Assembly (NCBI GenBank): GCA_963682135.1
Contig: OY821645.1
Location: forward strand, 2,656,001 to 2,720,000
Direction: 5' to 3'
Source: Methanothrix sp.
GTDB lineage: Archaea; Halobacteriota; Methanosarcinia; Methanotrichales; Methanotrichaceae
Length of the DNA: 64,000 bases
Shown here in pieces: positions 10,176 to 19,466 of the stretch. The translations under genes were made by a program, and so were the position numbers. Each line of letters opens with the position of its first letter. Within the stretch, counting starts at the first letter, position 1. The notes under the pieces are model-generated. The model saw only the letters and a list, made by a program, of their open reading frames with translations. It ran no database searches and was not told the origin of the DNA.

Positions 10176-11759
10176 ATGCTCATGAAGGTTCTTGTCAGTG
10201 ATTCATTGGCCGAAGAAGGCGTAAAGAGGCTTTTATCGGGAGCAGACGTTGATGTCATCACCAATCTATCTCCAGAGGAGCTTATCGAGAAGATAAAGGA
10301 TTATGATGCTCTGGTCATCCGCAGCGGAACCAAGGTCACTGCTGATGTCATTAAAGCCGCAGACCGGCTCAAGGTCGTTGGCAGAGCAGGAGTAGGCATT
10401 GATAATGTGGATGTGGAGGCCGCTACAAAAAGGGGCATCATCGTGCTCAATACTCCGGGAGGAAACACCATCTCTGCCGCCGAGCACACCATCGCCATGA
10501 TGCTGGCCTTGGCTCGAAACATCCCCCAGGCTAATGCAGCGCTGCATAAGGGCGAATGGAACCGCAAGAAATACACCGGCGTTGAGTTCTTTAACAAGAC
10601 TCTAGGCGTGGTGGGCCTTGGCCGGGTAGGAGCGGAAGTGGCGACGCGCATGAAGTCTTTCGGCATGCAAATTCTGGCTTACGATCCCTTTGTTACAGAG
10701 GAGCGGGCCCGTGAGATGGGTATCACCCTGGGTGACTTGGAGACGGTTCTTCGCGGCGGCGACTTCATCACGGTGCATACGCCCCTCACCAACGAGACGA
10801 GAAACCTCATCGACGAGGAGGAGTTCAATATCATGAAACCCGGCGTGCGCATCGTCAACTGCGCTCGTGGCGGGATCATCAACGAAGCCGCTCTGGCCAA
10901 AGCCGTTGCTGACGGAAAGGTGGCAGGTGCCGCCGTAGATGTCTTCACCAAGGAGCCTCCTACCGGAAATCCCATGCTGGATCAAGAGAAGATCATCGTC
11001 ACTCCTCATCTGGGAGCCTCGACTGCCGAGGCGCAGGTCAATGTGGCCCTGGCTGTGGCGGATCAGATTCTGGCCATCGCCAGTGGGGGTCTACCCACCA
11101 ATGCCATCAACATGCCGGCTATATCTCCCGAGACTCTGGCCGTCATGGAGCCGTTCATGAAATTGGCAGAGAAGATGGGCGCATTGCTCGGTCAGCTTGT
11201 AGGAACCGGCTTTGAGGCTCTGGAGCTGATTTACAGCGGAACATTGGCCGAGAAGGACACCAGGCCGGTTACCATATCCGCTATCATCGGTCTGCTCGGC
11301 TGCCTCATGGGAGATGGCTCAGTCAACTTCGTCAATGCTCAGAGGACGCTTAAGGAGATGGGCGTCAAGCTCCTGGAGAGCAAGACTGAATCTGCTAACG
11401 GATACAGCAATTCCATCACCATGAAGCTGACCAAGAACGGTGCGGTGACGGTCGTGCAGGGCACGGTCTCCGGAAACAAGGAGAAGCGAATCGTTCAGCT
11501 CAACGAATACCATACCTACATCCCCACCGAGGGTGATATGGTGCTGGCCATCATCGAGGATCGGCCCAATATCATCGGCCCGTGCTGCGTGGTTCTGGGG
11601 GAGGGTGAGATCAACATCGGCGGAATGCATGTGGGCCGCATAGCTGCGGGCAAACCTCAGCTCATGGTGCTGAGTGTGGATCATCTGGCAACCGATGAGA
11701 TCATGAAGAAGCTATGTGCTGTGCCGGGAGTGACCAGCGCTAAGATGGTAGAGCTGTAG
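10176..11759 (+). CDS. serA: D-3-phosphoglycerate dehydrogenase with ASB/ACT domains
   Basis: GRAGVGIDN, GLGRVG, NCARGG, TPHLGAST; 527 aa. Confidence 0.95.
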   Translation: MLMKVLVSDSLAEEGVKRLLSGADVDVITNLSPEELIEKIKDYDALVIRSGTKVTADVIKAADRLKVVGRAGVGIDNVDVEAATKRGIIVLNTPGGNTISAAEHTIAMMLALARNIPQANAALHKGEWNRKKYTGVEFFNKTLGVVGLGRVGAEVATRMKSFGMQILAYDPFVTEERAREMGITLGDLETVLRGGDFITVHTPLTNETRNLIDEEEFNIMKPGVRIVNCARGGIINEAALAKAVADGKVAGAAVDVFTKEPPTGNPMLDQEKIIVTPHLGASTAEAQVNVALAVADQILAIASGGLPTNAINMPAISPETLAVMEPFMKLAEKMGALLGQLVGTGFEALELIYSGTLAEKDTRPVTISAIIGLLGCLMGDGSVNFVNAQRTLKEMGVKLLESKTESANGYSNSITMKLTKNGAVTVVQGTVSGNKEKRIVQLNEYHTYIPTEGDMVLAIIEDRPNIIGPCCVVLGEGEINIGGMHVGRIAAGKPQLMVLSVDHLATDEIMKKLCAVPGVTSAKMVEL

Positions 11760-12990
11760 GGCTTCGAAAAAACATTTTTTGGTTCAGGCGGCTAACGAAG
11801 TGACTTCCTCCCCACCCTAAAGGATGGGGCTTCCTGCTTCGACGAACCGGCGCTTGCTTTGGACATAGGCCAAAGCCGGAGGTCGGTTCTCCACAGGCTA
11901 TCCCCCTCAGTCCGAGGGTTCTGATTCCCATGCTTGCATTGAGATCTCTGCAAATTATTAAACCACACCGAGAGCAGATATGCACCCTATCTTTCAGCTT
12001 CTTGGGCACGATCTCACCACATGCGGAACATCTCTGGCTAGTGTTATAGGGATTAACCAATACCACGGTTTTGCCAGCTCTTTCAGCCTTGCTCACCGTG
12101 AAGCGTATTAGCTTTCCCCATGATACATCCTGAATATGCTTTGCCAGACAGTGGTTCTTAAGCATATTCTGGATGCTCAGATCTTCAAATAATATTATGT
12201 CTGCCGAGTTTACCAGTTTCCTTGATACCTGATGCAAAAACTCCTCGCGAAGGTTGGTTACTCTCTTTGCGATCCTGGCTAACTTTGTCTGGGCCTTCTT
12301 CCGGTTATTGGAACCCAACTTCTTGCGGTGCAACGATTTATTGGCAGCCCGATTTTTCTTCTCAGCTTGGACATAGTATTTTGGATAGTCGAAGTACTGA
12401 CCGTCCGAAGTTACGGCTGCATGAGTGATGCCAAGGTCTACACCGATCGCGGTCTTGGGCTTCAGCTTGGTTGGATCCTCAAGCTCGGATGTAAATATGA
12501 CATACCATGCATTTGTCTTATCTCGCTTGATGGAACAGGTTTTGATCCTGCCCACAATCGGTCTATGCACAAAGGTTCTAATGCCGCCGAAGATTTTTGA
12601 GAGTATCAGCCGAGAGCCGTTAAGCTTGAAGCCAGATTGAGGATAAGTAACCGAGCTATAACGGTTAATGGACTTGAACCTGGGGTAGCCTTTTTTTCGA
12701 GCCCCTTCACGAACTCTTCGAAAGAAGTTATCAAAGGATTTCTGAAGCCTCCTCAAGACATCCTGTTCGACCTGAGAATGGACGGCATTGAGGTATGGAT
12801 TAGACTGTTTCTCAAAGACCAGCAAAGCTGCCTGATCTTCGTAAGATCTGGTTACGCCTTCGCGTTCCCAGGCATTTTTGCGATCAGCAAGTGCTTTATT
12901 CCAAAGATGCCTGCAGGTATCCAGCGTTAAGGCCAATTGTGCTTCTTGTAGCCTGTTTGGATATAGCCGGAACTTGTAGGCCGTTTTCAT
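11740..12990 (-). CDS. tnpB: RNA-guided endonuclease TnpB (IS200/IS605 family)
   Basis: KTAYKFRLYP N-terminus; RuvC D (GVDLG), E (FEDL), D (RDLNA); Zn finger CSAC/CSRC. Confidence 0.95.
   Translation of the reverse strand: MKTAYKFRLYPNRLQEAQLALTLDTCRHLWNKALADRKNAWEREGVTRSYEDQAALLVFEKQSNPYLNAVHSQVEQDVLRRLQKSFDNFFRRVREGARKKGYPRFKSINRYSSVTYPQSGFKLNGSRLILSKIFGGIRTFVHRPIVGRIKTCSIKRDKTNAWYVIFTSELEDPTKLKPKTAIGVDLGITHAAVTSDGQYFDYPKYYVQAEKKNRAANKSLHRKKLGSNNRKKAQTKLARIAKRVTNLREEFLHQVSRKLVNSADIILFEDLSIQNMLKNHCLAKHIQDVSWGKLIRFTVSKAERAGKTVVLVNPYNTSQRCSACGEIVPKKLKDRVHICSRCGLIICRDLNASMGIRTLGLRGIACGEPTSGFGLCPKQAPVRRSRKPHPLGWGGSHFVSRLNQKMFFRSPTALPS
11780..11930 (-). ncRNA. Predicted TnpB omega/reRNA: right-end scaffold plus ~20-nt guide UUCGUUAGCCGCCUGAACCA
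   Basis: Position relative to the TCAC right end, by analogy with characterised TnpBs; 5' boundary approximate. Confidence 0.6.
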
Positions 12991-13118
12991 ATTAACTTAA
13001 TATGGTCGCACAATGCTATATTAAGTCAATTAGTGCAGAGCGAAAGTAATCATGACAGGGGTACGATTCATCTCCTGCCTGAAGTCTGGGGTCTTCTCTA
13101 CCCCTGTACCCCAACAAG
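11800..13118 (-). mobile_element. tnpB-only IS200/IS605 (IS1341-type) element
   Basis: Right-end hairpin CCCCATCC-TTTA-GGGTGGGG ending in TCAC at 11800; related left-end hairpin near 13067-13096; TTTAT immediately outside the left end; no tnpA. Confidence 0.85.
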
Positions 13119-13280
13119 ATAAAACCAGTCGCCTGTTTTCATACTGACGGCATTGCTGACCGCCTGGCAAGACATGCGATTGAACGTCAGTTCATTGTAG
13201 AGATATCTCTGCGGAAAAAAAAACCTATGCAAAAAACTATAAAGTGTAAGGACGAATAATAGCATTAAGGTGAACCAAGA

Positions 13281-13604
13281 ATGAAAGAAGAAGTTTTCTT
13301 TGGCGAAGGCATGGCCAGGACCAAGACCGAATATCCAGACCTCTACAAGGCTATTGTCGGACTGAATGAGGCCGCCTACACCGGCAAAGTCTTGGATTAC
13401 AAGGCCCAGAAGCTGATTGCCATCGGCATCAATGCCGCTGCCTCCGACGATCGGGCCACCAGGAAGCAGATGATAAGCGGCATGAAAGAGCTGGGCATCA
13501 CCAAAGACGAGATTGTGGACGTTCTGAGGGTGGTTCTGCTCACATCCGGAATGCCTCCTTTCACCAAGGGCATGAAGATATTGTATGAAATACTCGAGAA
13601 ATAG
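13281..13604 (+). CDS. Carboxymuconolactone decarboxylase (AhpD-like) family protein
   Basis: LDYKAQKLIAIGI...GITKDEIVDVL pattern. Confidence 0.75.
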   Translation: MKEEVFFGEGMARTKTEYPDLYKAIVGLNEAAYTGKVLDYKAQKLIAIGINAAASDDRATRKQMISGMKELGITKDEIVDVLRVVLLTSGMPPFTKGMKILYEILEK

Positions 13605-13729
13605 AAATTGGCAGAGAAATCAGGCATTTTCTCATTTTTTTAGGCCGGGCCACAGGCTTGAGGTGCCCTGGCAAAGATACTTGGGGGAGAAGATTTGATG
13701 GGATGTAAACGATAATCAGCATACTACCA

Positions 13730-13765
13730 CCTACTACTATTCCTACTACTATTCCTACTACAATT
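13730..13765. repeat. 12-bp tandem repeat CCTACTACTATT x3 (third copy has one mismatch)
   Basis: Read directly. Confidence 0.9.
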
Positions 13766-13851
13766 ACCTATATCGCAAAGCGCCTCTCTGGGCGAAAAAG
13801 CCATATCACATTGACTGCAAAGTCGATGACAATTCTCATGGAGGCCCAAGG

Positions 13852-14232
13852 ATGGTTACAGAAAACGAATTCGCCGGAAAGTGGAAAGTCATCGAGGCAG
13901 TGGATATGGATGAAGATTATCTCAATCTGTCTACTGATCCATATCTTCTGATACAGGTTAATGAAAGAGGCGAGGTAACGGGAAGCTATCAGTTTGGCAC
14001 CCAGGAAGGCTACATCGATGGCCGATTCGAGCGGGATGGTGAAAGCCAGAAGCTAATCTTCTCTTTTGAAGGCTGGGACGAGGCAGATCTGGTAAACGGA
14101 TCCGGCACTTTTTGCGTTGAATCTGGGGACACGTTCCTCTTTGCGATTAAATATGAAAATGGCGATACTTTCCGCTTGAGATGCCAAAAAACACTGGAGG
14201 ATCCTCTTACTGGTTCGGACGAACCGACATAA
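13852..14232 (+). CDS. Acidic beta-rich hypothetical protein
   Basis: GGAGG SD, clean ORF, co-oriented with the SNF2 gene. Confidence 0.75.
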   Translation: MVTENEFAGKWKVIEAVDMDEDYLNLSTDPYLLIQVNERGEVTGSYQFGTQEGYIDGRFERDGESQKLIFSFEGWDEADLVNGSGTFCVESGDTFLFAIKYENGDTFRLRCQKTLEDPLTGSDEPT

Positions 14233-14301
14233 AATATCTCCGCCGGATATAGCAAATCCTCGAGATTGATCTGATTAGATAGCTTTCAATGGCTCGAAAT
14301 C

Positions 14302-17300
14302 ATGCAGGTCTTACACACCCTTTGGGACACGGAAACTTTCCATATCTGGGCAGAATCCTCAGCTCTGCCTCTCTCATCTGCTCGTAAGTCAGGCAATCGT
14401 AAGAAGCAGCACCTACCACAGCTTCATCCTTTTGCACTTCCCTGCCTTGAGCTAAAAGACCTTCTCATGCACTCCTTCTCCTGGAGCGGCGAATGCGTTC
14501 GGGTGGAAGCGTTGTCTCTTCGCCTTCCCGCACTTATCTCCGGACCTCTTCCTTCTCCCTGGCTTTTGCGGGAAGACTACCAATCTGAAAAACCATCACT
14601 ATTGGGCACCTTCTCCGTCCCGGCCCTGGGTCTTGCACCAGGACCTGTCCTCGATCTCTTGTTGGAATTGCCCACCAATCCACCTCAGGGTACAGCTTAT
14701 GCCGATTCCCTGCTCTTCTGGTCACAGCTAGCCCTCTTTTCTCTGGAGCTTGTAGCCCGTGAGCAATTTCTGCCCGGCATCGAGAAAAGCAGAGCCATCT
14801 GGAAAGCGGTGATCGATGAGCCGGATCAAGAGCGCCTCAATATCTTCATCCGTTCCTTGTCGCCCAGTTGTCTTAGCCTGTCGCTCCCTGAGCAGGCCAC
14901 CTCCACTCAGCTAGTCCATAGCTTTGTGAATAGCTCTGTGAACACAATTGTGCACAGTGGCCTGGAGGGGGTTAACCTACTACCTGCAAAGCGAGGCCGC
15001 AGGCCAAAGATCGTACCTCTGCCGATTCAATTCCTCTCAGCCCTCACCGTCCAGGAGACTGACCTGTCTGCAACGGCACCGGATCTGGCCGTTTTTTCTT
15101 CAAAGATGGATTGCTGGGTCTCACAAGTCCATCCAAAAATTGAGGATATTCCATTTCGTACCTGCTTTCGCCTGGAAGCTCCTGACAGTGAAAAAGCCGC
15201 CTGGTCTCTTGCCTTCTTCCTCCAGGCCAATGATGACAGAAGCCTACTCGTCCCAGCAAAAGAGGTATGGCAGACCAAATCTCATGCTCTCACCTTCCTC
15301 AAGAAACGGCTTAAAAATCCCCAAGAGCGGCTCCTGGCCGACCTTGGCAAAGCATCCAGGATTGTTCCTCTGATGGAAAAGTGCCTGGAAAGCGCCCGCC
15401 CCACCTGCCTGGAGATGCATACACAAGAAGCCTATTCCTTTCTGCGAGAGTCGGCCCCTCTCCTCAACCAGAATGGCTTCGGGGTTTTGCTGCCCTCCTG
15501 GTGGGAGAAGCCCGGCTCTCGCCTGGGCTTAAAGCTGCAGCTCAAAGGTCCGGTTAAACAGGAAGGCAAGATCGGGTCGGCCTTCTTCGGGCTCGACTCT
15601 CTGGTAAGTTACGACTGGCAGCTCTCCCTGGGTGGCAACATACTCACGAAGGCCGAGTTCGCCGAGCTTTCCCGCCTCAAGATACCACTCATCCAGATAA
15701 GAGGCGAGTGGATGGAGCTTCGCCCCACTGAGATCGAGGCCGCCATTGCATTCTTCCAGAAGAACCAAGAAAGGGAGATGACCCTGGCTGAATCTTTGCG
15801 CCTGGGCAATGCTCTTTCCGGCCAAAAGCTTCCTGATGTTGATTCAACCCTGCCAATTCTAGACGTTCAGGCAGAGGGTCAGATCGAACAAATTCTTAAT
15901 TCTCTAGCCAATCCCGGCAGTCTGGAGGAGATCCAGCCTCCCCGTGAATTTCTGGGGACACTTCGCCCTTACCAGCTGCGGGGCGTCTCTTGGCTGGAAT
16001 ATCTGCAAGGCATAGGCCTGGGAGCCTGTCTGGCAGACGATATGGGTCTGGGAAAGACAGTGGAGCTGATAGCTTTTCTCTTGCGTGAACGAGAACATGA
16101 ATTGGATAAAGAGGGCACTTCCATTGTCCGCCTCCCACCGGCTCTTCTCATTTGCCCCATGTCTGTGGCCGGCAACTGGCAAAAAGAGCTGGAGCGTTTT
16201 GCCCCCAGCCTGCGGGTACTGGTGCATCACGGCCAAAATCGACGCACAGGTCCAGGTTTCCTGCAGGAGGCAGGAGAGAAAGACGTGGTCATCACCACCT
16301 ATGCACTCGCTCAGAGGGATGAGGAAGATCTTTCAGCCATCACCTGGAGTCATGTGATACTGGATGAGGCCCAGAATATAAAGAACCAGAACGCCCGGCA
16401 GACCCAGTCCATAAAACGGCTCTCGTCAGGCCAGAAGATTGCCCTCACCGGAACCCCTGTCGAGAACAGGCTCTCCGAGCTATGGTCCATCATGGACTTT
16501 CTCAATCCAGGCTACCTGGGTTCCTTTCAGTCCTTTTGCAAGAATTTCTCTCATCCAATTGAAAAATACAACAACAAGCGCAGCTCTGAGGCCCTGCGCA
16601 CCATAATTTCGCCTTTTGTACTGCGGCGGCTCAAGACCGATTCAACCATTATCCAGGATCTGCCCGAGAAGATGGAGATGCGGGTCAACTACAACCTAAC
16701 TGCTGAGCAGGCATCGCTTTATGCGGCAGTTGTCGAAGAGATGCTCAGCCGCATAGAATCGCTGGATGGCATAGAGCGAAGAGGTCAGATCCTGGCCGCT
16801 CTAACCAAGCTTAAGCAGATCTGCAATCATCCTGCTCTCTTCTTGCAGGATGGAAGCCTTCTGGCGGGCCGTTCCGGAAAGCTCTCCCGTCTGGAGGAGA
16901 TGCTTTATGAGGTTTTAGCTGGAGGTGATAGTGCCTTGATCTTCACCCAATATGCTGCAATGGGGGCTATGCTCAGACACCATCTTCAGGAGAAGCTGAG
17001 AGTCGAGGCCCTGTTCTTGCATGGAGGGACCTCCCGAAAGCAGAGGGATGATATGGTTTCCAGGTTCCAGGCGGGTGGATCGCCCATATTCATACTCTCT
17101 TTAAAGGCGGGCGGCTCCGGTCTCAACCTGACCGCAGCGAGCCACGTATTTCACTTTGATCGATGGTGGAATCCAGCCGTGGAAAATCAGGCTACCGATC
17201 GCGCCTTTCGTATCGGCCAGAAGAAGAGGGTCTTTGTCCACAAGTTCGTGTGTCTGGGTACTCTGGAAGAAAGAATAGACAAAATGATAGAGCAGAAGAA

Positions 17301-17424
17301 GGCCCTGGCGGAATCGGTAATAGGGACCGGTGAGTCCTGGCTGACTGAGCTTTCCAATGAGGCGCTGAGAGATATGCTCTCCTTGCGACGAGATGCTGTA
17401 AGCGGCGCGGATGATGATAAATGA
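14302..17424 (+). CDS. SNF2/Swi2-family ATPase (YwqA/HelZ-like)
   Basis: LRPYQ, LADDMGLGKT, DEAQ, LTGTPVEN, LRRLK, QATDRAFRIGQ. Confidence 0.95.
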   Translation: MQVLHTLWDTETFHIWAESSALPLSSARKSGNRKKQHLPQLHPFALPCLELKDLLMHSFSWSGECVRVEALSLRLPALISGPLPSPWLLREDYQSEKPSLLGTFSVPALGLAPGPVLDLLLELPTNPPQGTAYADSLLFWSQLALFSLELVAREQFLPGIEKSRAIWKAVIDEPDQERLNIFIRSLSPSCLSLSLPEQATSTQLVHSFVNSSVNTIVHSGLEGVNLLPAKRGRRPKIVPLPIQFLSALTVQETDLSATAPDLAVFSSKMDCWVSQVHPKIEDIPFRTCFRLEAPDSEKAAWSLAFFLQANDDRSLLVPAKEVWQTKSHALTFLKKRLKNPQERLLADLGKASRIVPLMEKCLESARPTCLEMHTQEAYSFLRESAPLLNQNGFGVLLPSWWEKPGSRLGLKLQLKGPVKQEGKIGSAFFGLDSLVSYDWQLSLGGNILTKAEFAELSRLKIPLIQIRGEWMELRPTEIEAAIAFFQKNQEREMTLAESLRLGNALSGQKLPDVDSTLPILDVQAEGQIEQILNSLANPGSLEEIQPPREFLGTLRPYQLRGVSWLEYLQGIGLGACLADDMGLGKTVELIAFLLREREHELDKEGTSIVRLPPALLICPMSVAGNWQKELERFAPSLRVLVHHGQNRRTGPGFLQEAGEKDVVITTYALAQRDEEDLSAITWSHVILDEAQNIKNQNARQTQSIKRLSSGQKIALTGTPVENRLSELWSIMDFLNPGYLGSFQSFCKNFSHPIEKYNNKRSSEALRTIISPFVLRRLKTDSTIIQDLPEKMEMRVNYNLTAEQASLYAAVVEEMLSRIESLDGIERRGQILAALTKLKQICNHPALFLQDGSLLAGRSGKLSRLEEMLYEVLAGGDSALIFTQYAAMGAMLRHHLQEKLRVEALFLHGGTSRKQRDDMVSRFQAGGSPIFILSLKAGGSGLNLTAASHVFHFDRWWNPAVENQATDRAFRIGQKKRVFVHKFVCLGTLEERIDKMIEQKKALAESVIGTGESWLTELSNEALRDMLSLRRDAVSGADDDK

Positions 17425-18314
17425 GCCCTTATTGGATGTACTACGAAAAGACTTCGCCAAAGGAGGTCAAGAACGGCCTGAAGGCCAAGAGCAAGCGTGG
17501 CTCTATCGGAGAGACCTGGTGGTCAAAACGCTTTGTAGGCGTTCTCGAGTCCTTCAATCTGGGGGCCAGGCTGACGCGCGGCAGAAGCTATGCCCGAAAA
17601 GGCCAGGTCATCTCCATCGATATTAAGCCCGGAATTGTGCGGGCTCAAGTGCAGGGCTCATTTGCAAAGCCCTATGACGTATCGATAAAACTGCTGCCGC
17701 TATCTTCCGAAGAATGGGAGAGAGCCATAGCTGCCATGGCCTCTAAAGCGGTATTCTCAGCTCGTCTGCTCTCCGGCGAGATGCCGCAAACAATCGAAGA
17801 AGCATTTTCCGATTGCGGCATATCTCTCTTTCCCAGGAAGGGAGCGGATCTGAAAACGGATTGCTCTTGCCCAGATTGGTCCAACCCCTGCAAGCACATA
17901 GCTGCGGTCTATTACCTCCTGGCGGAGCAGTTCGATCGTGATCCTTTTCTCATCTTTAAGCTGCGAGGCAAGTCCCAAGAGGAGATCGTCGAGGCGCTGC
18001 GCAGTTTCCGCTCTTCTCAGGCCGAAGGAGAATCCAAGTCTCCATCTAGCCCTGTTCCGATTTCCGTTTCTCCTGTCGAGAATAAGGTCAGACCTCTGGA
18101 AGAATGCCTGGATTGCTTCTGGCAAAAGGGAAGCGAGCTTGATTTGCTGGAGATCAATCCCAGGAGTCCGATGGTGGAGAGCGCCATCCTAAAAATACTT
18201 GGAGATGCTCCATTCTCAATTGGCCGGGATAATTTGGCTGCCCTGCTAAAACAAGCATATGAAATAGCAGGCAAGTCTGCACTTCAGAGGGCAGAGCGAG
18301 GAAGCGATGATTAA
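17421..18314 (+). CDS. SWIM zinc finger protein
   Basis: CSCPDWSNPCKH and RL.RGRSYAR; start overlaps the end of the SNF2 gene. Confidence 0.9.
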   Translation: MSPYWMYYEKTSPKEVKNGLKAKSKRGSIGETWWSKRFVGVLESFNLGARLTRGRSYARKGQVISIDIKPGIVRAQVQGSFAKPYDVSIKLLPLSSEEWERAIAAMASKAVFSARLLSGEMPQTIEEAFSDCGISLFPRKGADLKTDCSCPDWSNPCKHIAAVYYLLAEQFDRDPFLIFKLRGKSQEEIVEALRSFRSSQAEGESKSPSSPVPISVSPVENKVRPLEECLDCFWQKGSELDLLEINPRSPMVESAILKILGDAPFSIGRDNLAALLKQAYEIAGKSALQRAERGSDD

Positions 18315-18439
18315 TGAATTTATATTTTAGAGCAATAATGAACCATTTCACACAAAATCTCCGAGCAGATTATAAATAGTTTGGAGACATTCCTTCATGA
18401 TGCAAATTGCATATTATCGAACTTACAGGAGAGTATGAT

Positions 18440-19135
18440 ATGGGTTTCTTAGATCGTATGAGCACTGTTGTGCAGGCAAAGATGAATAAGATCATGGATA
18501 AGATCGAGGACCCCAGGGAGACCTTGGACGTGTCCTACGAAAAGCAGATTCAGCTCCTGCAGAATGTCAAAAGAGGCGTAGCGGAGGTCGCCACCTCCAA
18601 GAAGAGACTTGATCTGCAAAAGGCCAAGCTGCAGATGAGCCTTGACAAGCTGGACGGTCAGGCCAGGGAAGCATTGCAGGCTGGCCGCGAGGATCTGGCT
18701 CGCCGGGCTCTGGAGAATAAGGCTTCCCTCCAGGCGCAGTTGACAACCTTGGACCAGCAGATCGCCGACCTGCAAGAGCAGCAGCAGAAGCTCATGGATG
18801 CCGAGAGCCGCCTGGCTACCAAGGTAGAGTCCTTCCGCAGCAAGAAGGAGACCATTAAAGCTCAGTATTCTGCAGCAGATGCACAGGTAAAGATCACCGA
18901 GTCCGTGACAGGCATCAGCGAAGAGATGGCCGATGTGGGCATGGCTGTTCAGAGGGCAGAGGCGAAGACAGAGAACATGCACGCTCGCTCGGCTGCCTTA
19001 GACGAGCTTCTCGAGTCTGGAACTCTAACCGATTATTCCGGTGGCGATGATCTAACCCAGGAATTGGCCAAAGTAAAGGCACAGAGCAGCGTCAATGATA
19101 TGCTGGCCAAAATGAAGGAGGAGATGAAGAAATGA
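18440..19135 (+). CDS. pspA: PspA/IM30 family protein
   Basis: GFLDRMS..IEDP.., AREAL.AGREDLAR.AL, coiled coil. Confidence 0.9.
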   Translation: MGFLDRMSTVVQAKMNKIMDKIEDPRETLDVSYEKQIQLLQNVKRGVAEVATSKKRLDLQKAKLQMSLDKLDGQAREALQAGREDLARRALENKASLQAQLTTLDQQIADLQEQQQKLMDAESRLATKVESFRSKKETIKAQYSAADAQVKITESVTGISEEMADVGMAVQRAEAKTENMHARSAALDELLESGTLTDYSGGDDLTQELAKVKAQSSVNDMLAKMKEEMKK

Positions 19136-19410
19136 TCATCAGGATTTTAGGTGACGGGCAGTTTCGCCTGGACGACAATCTTGTAGAAAAGATAAACAAG
19201 ATCGACAACAGGATTGTAGATCATGTCTCCAGGGGCAACAAAGCGGAGTATGCCCGGGATCTGGCTAATTTGATATCCACTATCAAAGAACTAGCAGAGC
19301 CCGTTGATCCCGTGGAGATCCTCCCCTCGGATATCATCATCCCTCCTTCCGATCTCTCCTTTGAGGAGGCAAGGAAGGTGTTCTGCGACGAGGGGCTCAT
19401 CAAAGGCTGA
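19132..19410 (+). CDS. PspA-associated protein (PspAA family)
   Basis: MIIRILGDGQF...SDIIIPP.D.SFEEA; ATGA overlap with pspA. Confidence 0.8.
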   Translation: MIIRILGDGQFRLDDNLVEKINKIDNRIVDHVSRGNKAEYARDLANLISTIKELAEPVDPVEILPSDIIIPPSDLSFEEARKVFCDEGLIKG

Positions 19411-19466
19411 GCAGCAATGGTGGCAATATCGTCCCGCCATCTGACCCAAACCAGTGGCGGACGACA

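Noticed and set aside
13721-13770. Possible CRISPR array
   Set aside because: Head-to-tail 12-mers with no spacers and no cas genes; no CRISPR array seen in the window.
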